Virus record (IMG/VR): IMGVR_UViG_3300008740_000006
Location: 1 to 62,221 of that record
Reading direction: 5' to 3' (one strand)
From: a virus
Taxonomy: Duplodnaviria; Caudoviricetes
Length of the DNA: 62,221 nt
This document shows positions 36,028 to 48,000 of this stretch, in pieces. The position numbers and the translations under genes were made by a program. Within the stretch, counting starts at the first letter, position 1. Every line of letters begins with the position of its first letter. The notes beneath the pieces were generated by a model that worked only from the letters and a program-made list of their open reading frames with translations, was not told the DNA's origin and made no database searches.

Positions 36028-39000
36028 TAAGAAGTATGGCTGGTAGGTACACATCTAGTGAACTAGAGGGGTTCCTTTCTAGCGCGACAGATTTGTACGG
36101 GAATCCACTGTCTAGTGGTTCTATCTCTGGTGCAAATCGCGAAGACCTCTTGAGGTATCTTGAAGAGGAGTCGCGCAAGCGGGGTATCAACCCGGCTCTT
36201 GCTGCTTCCATGATGGAGCAGGAGTCCAACTTCGATCCTTCGATTGCCTCTCGCGTGAATGAGGACAGGGAGGGTGAATACCGGGCCGCTGGCTTGTTCC
36301 AGCTTGCGCCAGAAACCGCACGCGAGCTTGGTGTCTCCAATCCCCTTGATGTTCGCGAGTCAATTCGCGGTGGTCTTACATACATAGACAGACTGTTGAC
36401 CAAGTATGGTGATGATCCAATTCTTGCCGTTGCAGCCTACAACGCTGGTCCCGGTGCTGTTGATAAGTATGGAGGTATTCCTCCTTATCAAGAGACTGAA
36501 GACTATGTGAGAAGAGTGACTGGTTCCTTTGAGGACAGTCAGGGCAACACTATCAATCGCTACGAAGAGAACATGCGGCGTTTCGGGGTTCCTCTCCCCG
36601 GAGAAGAGGAGGCTCCGGTTGATGAGGTTGCACGGGCAGAGCCCGTAGAGGAAGAGGCTGAAGATACTTACGAACTGATTCTTCCTGACGGAAGTTTCAT
36701 GAATGTTCCAATTGGAATAGACAAAGAGGAGGCAAGAGAGTCTGCGCGGGAGGCATATCCAATGGCTTTCCGTGGCGAAGTGTCAGAAGAAGAAGAGAGC
36801 AACATGCTCGACGCAGGTCTTTCTGCTCTTTATCGCTCGGTCTACGGAATTCCAATTGGTGCATCGTATGTGGGTGCCTTGTTCGGAGATGATCAGGAAG
36901 CTTTTGATCTGACCTCAGAGAGACTCCACGGTATATCCAAAACGGCTCATGGATTTGCTCCAGGGCTAACAACTCTCGATGATGTTTCAAGGGCATACGA
37001 AGATGAGGGCGTCCTTGATGCTGCGGCAAAGTTCATAGAATTCAGTGGCGAGAAGATTGGAGAGAGTCTCGGGTTCATGCTTCCAAGTATTGTTAGCGGT
37101 GCTGCACTTGGATGGCTTGGCGCACTGGCCGGAAGTGTCATTGCCCCTGGAGTCGGAACAGTTGTTGGTGGTCTTACAGGAAGGGCACTTGGTGCTGTTG
37201 TTGGCAGAACTATGGGGTTCCTTGGCACCCAGGTATTCAACTACCTGTCGATGAATATCGAGCGTGGTGTTGAGAACGGTCAAGTCAGTGTCGATGACTA
37301 CAATCTAATAAATCAGACAATGGCTGCTGGAACGCAAGCTGGACTCGATGGTCTTCTTGTGTTGATGGCGGGTGGCAAGGTTGCTCTCGGTGTTGGGACA
37401 GAGATTGCAACGACTGCAGGAAGGCAGGCGATTACTCGCGGCGGGGCACAGGGTCTTAGCAAGGGTGGGATTGAGGCTGTTAGGAATTCCTTTGCTCAAA
37501 CAATGGCAGGACTAGAAGCCCTTAGTCCTGTCAAAAGAATGGGTGCTGTGATGCTTGAGGAGAGCGTTGCAGAACTTGGACAGCAAGCAATCGAGCGTGG
37601 TGCTGCTGGTCTTGAGGTGAGCCCTGCCAGCAAGGAAGCAAGAGACGAATACCTAGAGGTACTTCTTTCTACAATTGGTCCGTCTTTTGCCTTTGGTGGA
37701 ATTGGTGGAGTAAGTGCGAAGTGGTCGCAGACCAAGCAGAAGAGGGCAGAAGAAGGTTTAGTAAAGTCATACGAGGACAGGGCTCTTGTTGTCAACAACC
37801 AAGTCAAGAGTGCCGAGGAAGCAGAGGCCAATGAGCTAGAGCGTGTTGCTGGGGAGGCGGCTGAGGCTGGTCGGATCCCCCTTGAGGCTTCCCTTCTTGC
37901 CGCTCCAACGGCAGCGGATATACACACGATAGCGAAGGACCGGAACATCAACTCAGAGGATGCTGGCTTCCATCAGTTCTCAAGAAGAACTGTCGGAAAG
38001 GAACATCTTGATGACATGAACGCGGCGGAACTCAAGCAGGTTTATGACAAGCTTGCTTCGATGCCGGTTCAAGATGCGCGCATCAGCTTCTCTGTTGCGA
38101 ACAACCAAGATGCCATCGACGTTGCGTCTCGCATTCGGTCCAACAGCAGTAAGAAGAGTGGAGCGATCCCTCTATCGGATACTGATTCGCAGATTAGAAC
38201 TGCGATCCAGCAGACCGGAAAGCTCAATTTCAAAAATGTTGACAAGAAGGTTGTCGATGAAACTGTTGCAGCATACAGGCGAGCAATGGTCAATCTTCGA
38301 TTGGTTGAAAAGAAGGATGGAAAGCTAAGGCTTGTTCGCACGAGGCCAACCACTTCCTCTGCGCTGACCGAAGTTGAATACGACAAGGTTGTTGATTTCA
38401 TTAACCTTGAGGGTCGCTTCCCCAACCCTGAAGAGTTCGGATCTATTACCGGAATCAGGAATGAGGAGTTCTACGAACTCGCCATTCAGGATGCTGTAAA
38501 TCGTAATGACATCAAGCTGGACAAGGATGGCTATGTCCCGGTAGAGCCAACGTCACAGAGGGAGGAGAGATTCTTCCTGCGTGTGAACGGTGTCACAGAG
38601 GACAAGTCATACAGAACTGAGGCTCAGGCGAATGAGGCTCGTGGAGAGCGGATCAGAAGCTTTGAGGAATCTGCCGCAGCGAGAACAAGGGAGGAGCTTG
38701 CCGCGCGTGGTCGAGGGATTCTTCCATCGAGACTTACTGCGCCAGCAGAAGAGCTTGCCCCCAGTGTCGAAGTTGTTTCTGCGGACACGCCACTTCTTTC
38801 CAGTCCGAAGGCTGATCTTGTTACCGAATACGAATATTCGGTGGAAGAGTCTCCGCAGTGGGTGGTCAGGGATGATACGGCTGGCTCTGAGCCTGTTGGA
38901 AATTACGACAACGAAGAGCAGGCAAGGAAGAAGGCGAAGCAACTCGGTGATCAGAAGAGTTGGGTTGTTCGTGACAGCAATGGTGTGGTTGTTAATACAT

Positions 39001-42000
39001 CTGGAAGCAGGGCTGAGTCAGATGCGTATATCAAGCAGCAGTCTGAGTTGGCTGGCGGTATCGCGAGGGATACATACAGAAACAGAAGGGAGGGAGAGGG
39101 TCCCTATCCGACCGGGAGGGAGAGGGTTTCGGGACCCGAACTTGGTGATCCCCGTCCGGGGATGCTCCCGCGCTTAAGGAAGGAAGCGACCTGGGAAGAG
39201 AGAGGTCTTACGCAGGAGGAAAAGAAGAAGGCTAGGGACAAGAGCAATGCGATTGCTCGCTCGATCCACAAGGGTTCAAGGATTGCTTACGAAAGGGCGA
39301 AGAACAAGAAGAGGCGAGAGCTTCTCGCTGGCCGCGAGGCTGTCCAGCGGAACTACACCTATGAAAGGGAGGATGGATTCGTTGTCAATGAGACAACAGT
39401 CACAGAGAGTGGTCGCAGGAGTAAGCCTGCAACTCGGGCCTTCTTCTCCGGCACTGATCCCTCAGAGGCAGAGACTCAGAGGCAGTCTTACGAGGCGTCG
39501 AGAGTCGGTGGTGAGTCCTTTGGTGGTGATCTAATTGAGGCGGGTGTCACTGCTGAAAATATAAGGCAGCTTCGCGATGACCCGAAGGGTTTTGCCGAGA
39601 GGCTAAAGCCGGATGGCACGAACGCTCCTCCCGCACAGGAAGAGTTGTTGGACAGGTTGGCGAAGGCGATTGAGAAGGAACTTGCCGGTCGAAACCTGCG
39701 TGGAATAGGTGTCAAGATTGTCAGGGGGATGAAGGGAGCGGAGGCTGGATTCAACAGTGTCACCCGTACTATCTCTCTTAGCCTTGATCCCGGGATGGAG
39801 AATCTAAGTGACAAGGAGATACTAGAAGAGCTTGGTCGAAGGACAGATCATGAACTAATTCATTCCCACAGGAAGTCTGGTTTGATTTCTCCAGGGGAAT
39901 GGAAGGTCTTCGTCAGGTACGCGAGAAAGGTTCCCATCAAGGCGAGTGTCTTGAAGCGGATCAATGATAGAAGGTTGGAGAATGGCCTTGATCCCAAGCC
40001 GGTGAGTACGACGTACTACGACTTGGCCCTTGATACCTATGGTGTGAAGGGAGAAGCTGAGGGCTGGTTCGATGATGACTACAACGAAGAAGCTGTGGCT
40101 TTCATGCGTCAGGATTTCGCAAATGATCCTGCGGCAATCACAGGTAAGCCTGCTGCTTTGTTCAGAAGAACTGCGAGCGTAATTGGGAAGCTCAGAAATG
40201 CACTGAACGGCGCTGGTTACAAATCAGATTCTGAAGTCTTTGAAGTTCTTTGGGGCAAGGAGATGGGTAACCGTCTTGCCGCTGACAAGATGTTGGATAT
40301 CTGGTGGCTCAAGAGACGTAATCAGCCTGAGTACAGAGATCTTGTCCAGTACATTGTACTGGCTCAAGAGGCTGGAGAGCTAGGTGCCGCAGAGAGAGCG
40401 GGTGCGTTGAACCAAGAGGGACTCGCTAGGCTTGAGTTGATTCGGTCAAGGATCGGTGATGCAGTTCTCGATCCGGTAGCTGAGTCCAAGCTGAGAAAGT
40501 ACACGGATCTCTTTGGCAAGAGGAAGAGGATTCCGGTTAGATACACAGATGCTCCCCCCGAAGAAGATGTTGAAGAGGGGGTCGTTGTCGAGGATCAGGG
40601 CACTGGTCGCGCTGCTCTTCGTCGGGAAGACCTTGTTCAAGATGATGGAGTTCAATCAAGGGCTAGGACTGGTGGCGAGTATGGACCCAACGGTGATTGG
40701 TATGCCGGTGGGCAGTGGATAGCTACAACTGAGCTTCCAAAGAGGGAGCGTTCAAAGATAGAGAGGTCTGCCTCAAAGAAAGAGCAGGTTGAGTTCTTTG
40801 AGGGGGGTGTCGAGATTGATCCTGGGAGGATTCCTATCGTTGCTCGTGGTGGTGGAACATGGCTTAAGCCAGATGGAAGATTGAATTATGATTTCATTGA
40901 AAGACAAGGATGGAGTGACCAGAAAATTGCTGAAGCAGAGAGTATGTCTGAGGCGTACCTTCGTGGTGAGCGTTTTGTTGGAGCAGTAGAGCATCCAATT
41001 TTGGCTAGTTTTCAGGATGCATCAAGAATGATTTTGGCAGGGATGAGTGTCCCTGGTGCAATGCTGGACAAATTTTCACCCGATGTTCGTGATAGACTTG
41101 AACGATTAGCTCCACAAGAACTTGGAGTTCCTATTACCGAAGGCACTGGTCGCGCTGCGTTGAGAAGAGATATAACACCAGAGATACAAGAGGCGGCTCG
41201 TCAGGAAACTAGCAGGGGTGCTGATGCTGTAGCGGACAGGATGGATGCGATCTTGCCGGAGGCTGAAAGGCTTACAGATGGTTCGTCTACTTACACTGCG
41301 GGGCAACCGGATGGTGTTCCCTGGACCGATCTTTCTCAGACAGAGTTGAACGAGCGAGGTGCTGGCATCAGAGATGTCGGAGAGCTTAGAGAAGCTCTCG
41401 TTGATATATGGCAGGAGACGCTGAATCGTGTGAGCATCGCAGCGAGGGATGCCGTAGAGGAAACGGGAGCATCGTTCAGTCTTCTTCCAGAAGAAGTGGA
41501 CGCTGCATTCCGCCTCCCCCTTAGCGCACAGCTTTGGTACGAGTTGGGTGGTGAGACGTTTGGACAAAATCTTCCACCCCTGGATAATCGCACTATGGGT
41601 CTTTTCTTTGATCTAATCGGTGCAACTTCTGCGCGGACTGAGCCAAGAGATAATATGTATCGTGCGATTTCGGTTCTTTCTCAGGTTCTAAGGGAAGTTC
41701 CAGTTGATGTAGATCTTGCTATGACTGGTCCCGTTGGGAAGGCTCTCTCTCGCGATGGTGTAGATGTAACTAATTTGGATGGAAACAAGACTGGTCAATT
41801 TAGTGGCACTCTCATGCTTACGTCTGGCATGCCAGTTCCTGTTCCATTCCCTGTAAATGATGTTTGGGTGGGTCGCATTTATGATGTAACAGAGAAGCAG
41901 CTTGCTGATAATCCCAGCTTGCATGAAGTGATGGCAGTTCACCAGACTCTTCTGACAAAGTGGATCAACGAGAACTCACCCCAAAAAATTCCTCACCAAC

Positions 42001-45000
42001 CCTGGCAGACACAGGCTAGAAACTGGGTTCAGTTGCGAACTTCCGATCAAGGTGTTGATACGTCTGGTTCACTTGAGAACATCAGGGGTAATGATTATCG
42101 GTCTGAGTGGGCCAATATGATTCAGCTTCTCAAGTCTGCTGGCGTGGGAGGTATTGATGGACAAAAACTTTCCATCGATGCACTCCTAGACCCCAAGTTG
42201 GTTGACGCACTTCGTCCAACTGTTCCCGTCTTCCGCAAAATTCCGAAGGCGACGGTCGAAGTAGGTACCTTGCTTACGGATACGGGTCGTTCAGCTAGGA
42301 TGCTGTTTGACTTAGCCCAGTCTGTTGGTGACAAGTTGTCGGAGAGGGAGTATCTGGCAACTCTTACAGGTCCGATGTCGGCTTCAGCGAAGGGCAAGCC
42401 AACCCCGTGGGAGGAGTTGGTCCGTGCGATTACTGGTCGCTCCGATAAATTGTCGCGGATTGTTAGTGCAAGAGTTAATGCACCATTCGCAGTAGCTGGA
42501 ACATATGAGGGTGCTGTTGCACCTAACTTGCGAATACCACTTGGTCAGATTCTGGGCGCAGGTGTAGTTCTTACCGATGAGCAGATTGAAATTTTCAATG
42601 CGATTGCTGGTGAGCATTTGTCGCAGGCAGCAATGGCGGCTAGCCATGTAAGGCTTTTGAATGATGGTGAAGCTGTTCCGGAGGGATCGACAAAGGGTTA
42701 CTCAGTTTTCCTGAATGGTGAGATCGAGATGACTGAAGATCTTCTAAGGTCTTTAGATCAAGCATTGCCAGAAGGACATTCTCTTAGTGGATATGAAGTT
42801 CCTGGTGGATATGTCTTAGATGTTAATCCACGCTGGGATGATGATGGTCCGCTGGGAATTTCTCAGGATGAAATAGACGCTGCAATTGTTTCTTCTGGAT
42901 TTGACAAGCTTGGCATTCCTGTTGGAGTTAAGAGACATGCCTATCGGAGTGTGTATACTGAGAATACTGATTACTCTGTAATCAAAGATCGGTTTACAAG
43001 GGGGATTTTTGAAGATGTCATCGAAGAACTACAAAGACTTGGAGTCGGAGAAGAGCAAGCTTCTGCCGCAGCCGTCGCAACGCGAGCAACAGGAGGCGAA
43101 ACAGGATTTGATTTACTCGGGAAAGTTTCGGCTGTCACCAGAGGCAGAGCGAAAACTGTCCTCAAGCGTTACGGGAGGCGCCTTCGTAATCTCGCCCACG
43201 CCGAGGGTGCGATCCAGGGAATCGCGAGAGACGTAGAGAAACGTCAGCAAGTTTATCTTGAGAAAGCTTCAAAGAGGTTAATCAAGGCAGGCCACCTAGA
43301 TGCTAGGCGTGTCCAAACGTCTTCTTTTCGTTCAGCAAGAGATGTTCGGTTGGGACTGCCTGCGCGCAGAACTATTTCAGATCAGCCAATTGATCCTGTT
43401 GCTTCCAAAACATCTGAAACTTTCCCTGGCACAGGTGAGGGGAGAGGTTTTCTCTCCCAACTTCCACCACATCTAAGAGACAAGACTACCGGTTACCCTC
43501 TATCCACTAAAGATACTGGTCGCTCTGCTGTTCGTCGTGGTGATGTTGGAGTGCCAGATTCCTTTAACCAAGTTTTGATTGTTCATGGTCCCTGGGCAGA
43601 AAGAATTCTTAGTGGTGAGAAGACCGTTGAGACTTCTGGTCAATCCCTTAAGGCTGATGGGGCTGCGCCCGGATGGGTTTTACTTCGTGATGACAGTGGT
43701 AGAGCCGATGGTGCTGCGAAGCTTGGTAAGCGAATACTCTACAATACTGAAGAAGAGTTCTTGGAAGACCAAGACAAACATTTGGTTACTAAGGGTGATG
43801 AGTTCTATTTTGGTAACCGTGTTCGTACATATGGATATCCAATTGAAGATGTTATTCGCTTTGATGAGTCGGTAGATATTCCTCCGCTTGGTAGGGATCA
43901 GAGAAGAATAAAGCCTCTCGGCAAGCCTATTGGTAACCCTCTCTCTACTGAAGGCACTGGTCGCGCTGCTGTTAGGCGTGAGCTAATTGGTATTACACCA
44001 GATGATGTTTCTGGAATATCCGATACGACATTCTTTCATGGTACTGATGCTACTGACTTGACCACTATCAGGTCTGGTAGCGAGGGTGGTTCTCTTGGAA
44101 ATGGTATTTATCTAACACCGTATGCTGAAAGGGCGACAGGCTGGGGGAGGAATGTTCTTCCTGCGAGAGTTGACATTAAGAATCCATTGGTTGTTGATAC
44201 ATCAACGGATGATTTTCGTAATCCGGCAGTAGATTTGCTTGTTCAGCTTGGTGTTAGTGAGGATGGTGCGTTTAATATTGTAGAGAAGGAGGAGGAGGAA
44301 TACGGGTATGTTAGGAACAAGATTAGATCGAGAGCAAGGTCGCAGGGCTATGATGGCATAGTTCAATTTGTGGATGGGAATCTTTCTGAGGTTGTTGCGT
44401 TTAACAAGAATCAGGTTTCTATCCAACCCGCTCCACTCGACACCGAAGGCATTGGTCGTGCTGCTGTTCGGCGTGAAGAGATGGGTATCCTTAGCCCGGA
44501 TCAGGCGAGGGCTCAGGCACGCACTGCCTCGTTTGATGAGTTAACAGGCAAGTGGTCTGACGGTGCATTCATTCCTGTTGGTGACTGGGAAAATTCTGAG
44601 TTCTTAGATCTCAGCAAGGGTCTTATTCCTAGTGCGAGAGAGATGAATGAGAAAGGTAAGAAGTTTGGTGATCGCGTTCAGAAGAATCGGGAGTTAGATG
44701 AGAACGGTGGTTGGACTGACAGGAACGGCAGGTACCGTAGGCTTTTGGATGGTACGAAGGCGAGGGTTCGGATAGACATACCCTTCTTTAATGAGACTGG
44801 TAAGTACGTTCAGTCCATTCACGGTGAGGGCTCCAGGCTTCCCGGAATTTCTGTTGGTTATGATTCGGTTGTACGGCTTCGTGGTCCGGTATCGTTTGAA
44901 TCTGATGAGGTAAGGGCGGGGGAGGTTCTGAATGAAGGAGAGTACAAGTCTCCGTTCGCAACAGTAGAGGGGGAGCTTACTCAGGATAGGTCTAGGCCCA

Positions 45001-48000
45001 AGGATATAGACAAATGGACTCCTGTTGGATTCGATCCTCACAAGGGAGTTTACTTCTACGACAAGAAGAACGGTCGTGAGGTTATCGGCGGAACGGATGC
45101 TTACTCAGTAGGCAATACGGTCTATGTCAGAGAGGTTGAGTACGGGAAGAGAAAGCTAAGAGCATCGACTCGCCCGCGTAGAAGTTTTGTTGGTCGTGCT
45201 GCTGTTCGGCGTGAAGAGTCACAGGATTCTGTCCGCAATCCCAGTGATAGAAGATCTCTGAGTATTCCCCCCTGGAAGGAGGCTGAGGCAAAGGAGAGGC
45301 GGCATGATGCTGGTGGCCTTTGGCCTTTCACTTGGGGCTTCATCAAGTTCAATGCTGAAGGTGAGTACAGGAAGGCAGGGAATGGTGTTCCCCTCTTAGT
45401 TCCCTACGGCTCGACTGCCAAGTATGGCGAGAGACACATTGAGTTGCCCAGGGTTCTTCCGAATGGAACCGAGAGGCCGAGTCATGATGAAGAGATTCGC
45501 AACAATACTCCCTACGAAAACTGGAAAGAGTTTATCCAGGGATTTGCAAGGTCTATGGGCCTGCAGCCCAGGGGGCTAAAGGGTGGTGACATTATTCCCC
45601 TTCATCAGCCATTTGATAACAAGATGGTTTTCTTCTGGGATGATGCCGAGTTCAAGAGTCCCGGTGTTGTTGTTATGGAGTACAGGAATGGAGAGGTTGT
45701 TGATGGCGTTGAACTCCCCGATCACTACTCACTGACTACTGCGTTTGTTTCAGAGAGATACGGTGAGAACATGCCTCCTCCCAGTAAGTTTACTGGTCCG
45801 CAGAGAGGCAAGGGTGTTAAGACCAAGTCGGTGATGGTGTTTGAAAACTATCGTCGCCCGGAGGTGGCGGAAGCTTGGTGGAAGACCCAGTCCTCAAAGG
45901 GCAGGTTCGCTGTTGATCGAAGTGCAGCTTACAGTTCAGTTGCTCAGAAGGATGCAGTAGGCAAGCTTGTTCCCCAGGGAGAGCCGAACGCAGATAGCCT
46001 GATCGGTCGCATGATAAAGGCAATCATGTGGCGACAGGAGTACGACATTCCTTGGATCGAAGAAGCGAGAATGCGCTACCTCGATAGGTACGAAAGGATT
46101 TTCACCCAGGGAGTTTCTGCCACAGAGAAGCGCATAGAGAAGATGAGGGCAGATGGAAAGCTTGGACTAACGGTCTACGAGATGGCATCCGTTTCTGCTC
46201 ACGCTATGGCGCTTCTGGTTGATCGGGTCGGATCTCTCACGGAGAACGCGATGCTCTTCGGCATCCCCGTATTCTCCAAGCTTGAGCTACCCGGTGGTCA
46301 CGCATCAGAGGGGTCTGTCTACATAGAAGAGACTGAGCTTGTTAGCGAGACTCGTTCGAACATCCCCGTTTACAATCCAGAGACAGGTTCGATTGAATAC
46401 GGAAAACATGTTGCTCCCAATCCTGATGCTTGGTCTGGAACTGGTGGTATCTGGAAGATACTTGGGACGATTGGTCGCCCTGATGAGAATCGGAGCGTGA
46501 AGACCTTTGCCTTTGGTCGTGCAGTTAGGGCGTACAACAAGCTCAAGTATGAGAATAAGCCGGTCCCGTTTGATGATGAGACAATTCGAGAGGGACTTCA
46601 GATTGGCTGGGAAGATCCAGAGATTGTTGTTGCATGGGAAAACATGCAGAACTGGAACAAGGGAGTGGTCAAGTTCCTTGTTGATACAGAGACAATAACG
46701 AAGGAAGAGGCTGCTGTTTGGGTGGAGCATGCTGACTATCTACCGTTCTATTTGAACCTAGACGGTGAGATGACAGAGGAGATGCAAAGGGTATTCAGGG
46801 ACAAGCTGAACAAGGATTCCTCGTATCGCTTCTTGGATAGTATCCTGCCTACTACTCCTTCCAAGAAGTACAGGGGATTCAGCCAGGGCGAGTTGGTTGA
46901 TCCCATTACTGCCTTGATGAGGAACACGAATGCTCTTTTGACTGCTGGTGTTCAGAACCTTGCAGCAAGAAGGGCTATCCGAGATCAAGAGATTCATGAA
47001 CAGGCTCGCAAGGTGGATGCTCCGACTGCGTCTACGGTGAGTGTTCGCGAGAAGGGCAAGGTGGTTCATTATGAGATTGATGATGAGCCGATGCTTCGCA
47101 CAATGATGGGATCCTTTGATGGTGTTGCCCCGGAAGTTCACGGGTTGATCAAGGCAGCTTCTATTCCAGCAAGAGTTCTCAGGGAGATGGTTACGAGGAT
47201 GCCCGATTTCATGTTTGGAAATACGGGTCGCGATTCAGTCTTTACTTACAATGTTCATGGCACAGACAAGAATCCAGTTAGTGCCTTGTACAGTTCCTAT
47301 TCAATGCTTTTTGAAAGACTGATCAATAGATACAAGGGGGCTAGGACTGGAGATCCAACAAAGGGATTCAGTGAGATCTATTCGATGATCAAGAGAACTG
47401 GAGGTGTTGGCGGTTACGAGATGAGAGATACGGACCTCAACAGTATCCAGCGTAAATTTATGCGTGGCATAAATCAGGAGAAGAATGTAGTAGCTGTGAT
47501 CGGAAAGATGTGGGATGCCCTTGGAGAGGCGAGCAACATTGCTGAGAACATTGCTCGCGAGAAGGTGTTTAGAGATTCCTATGAATCTGCCAAGGCAGAT
47601 TACATTACGATGGGTTTGTCCGAAAAGGATGCAGGCATCCAGGCAATGATGGAGGGTGGGCATCAGGCTGTTGAGGCTTTGAATTTCGGAAGGCACGGAA
47701 ATTCCGAGGGCTTGAAGCTCCTCACATCGGTTGTTCCGTTTACGAACTCACGCATTCAGGGACTAGATGTGTTTGCAAGGAGTGGTATAAGCGGCAGGAA
47801 TATCTTGCGAAAGGATTCGAAGGCTGCTCGCACTGCCCTGGTGAGGCGTGGTCTTTACATTGCTGGGATGAGCATGCTCTACGCGATGATGACCCACGAT
47901 GATGATGACTTTGAAAGACAACCTCTCCATGTAAAGGCTGACAATTGGCTGATCCCGTTGGGTCCGTTCGCTTCCAAGGATGTTAAGTTCCTTGCTATTC

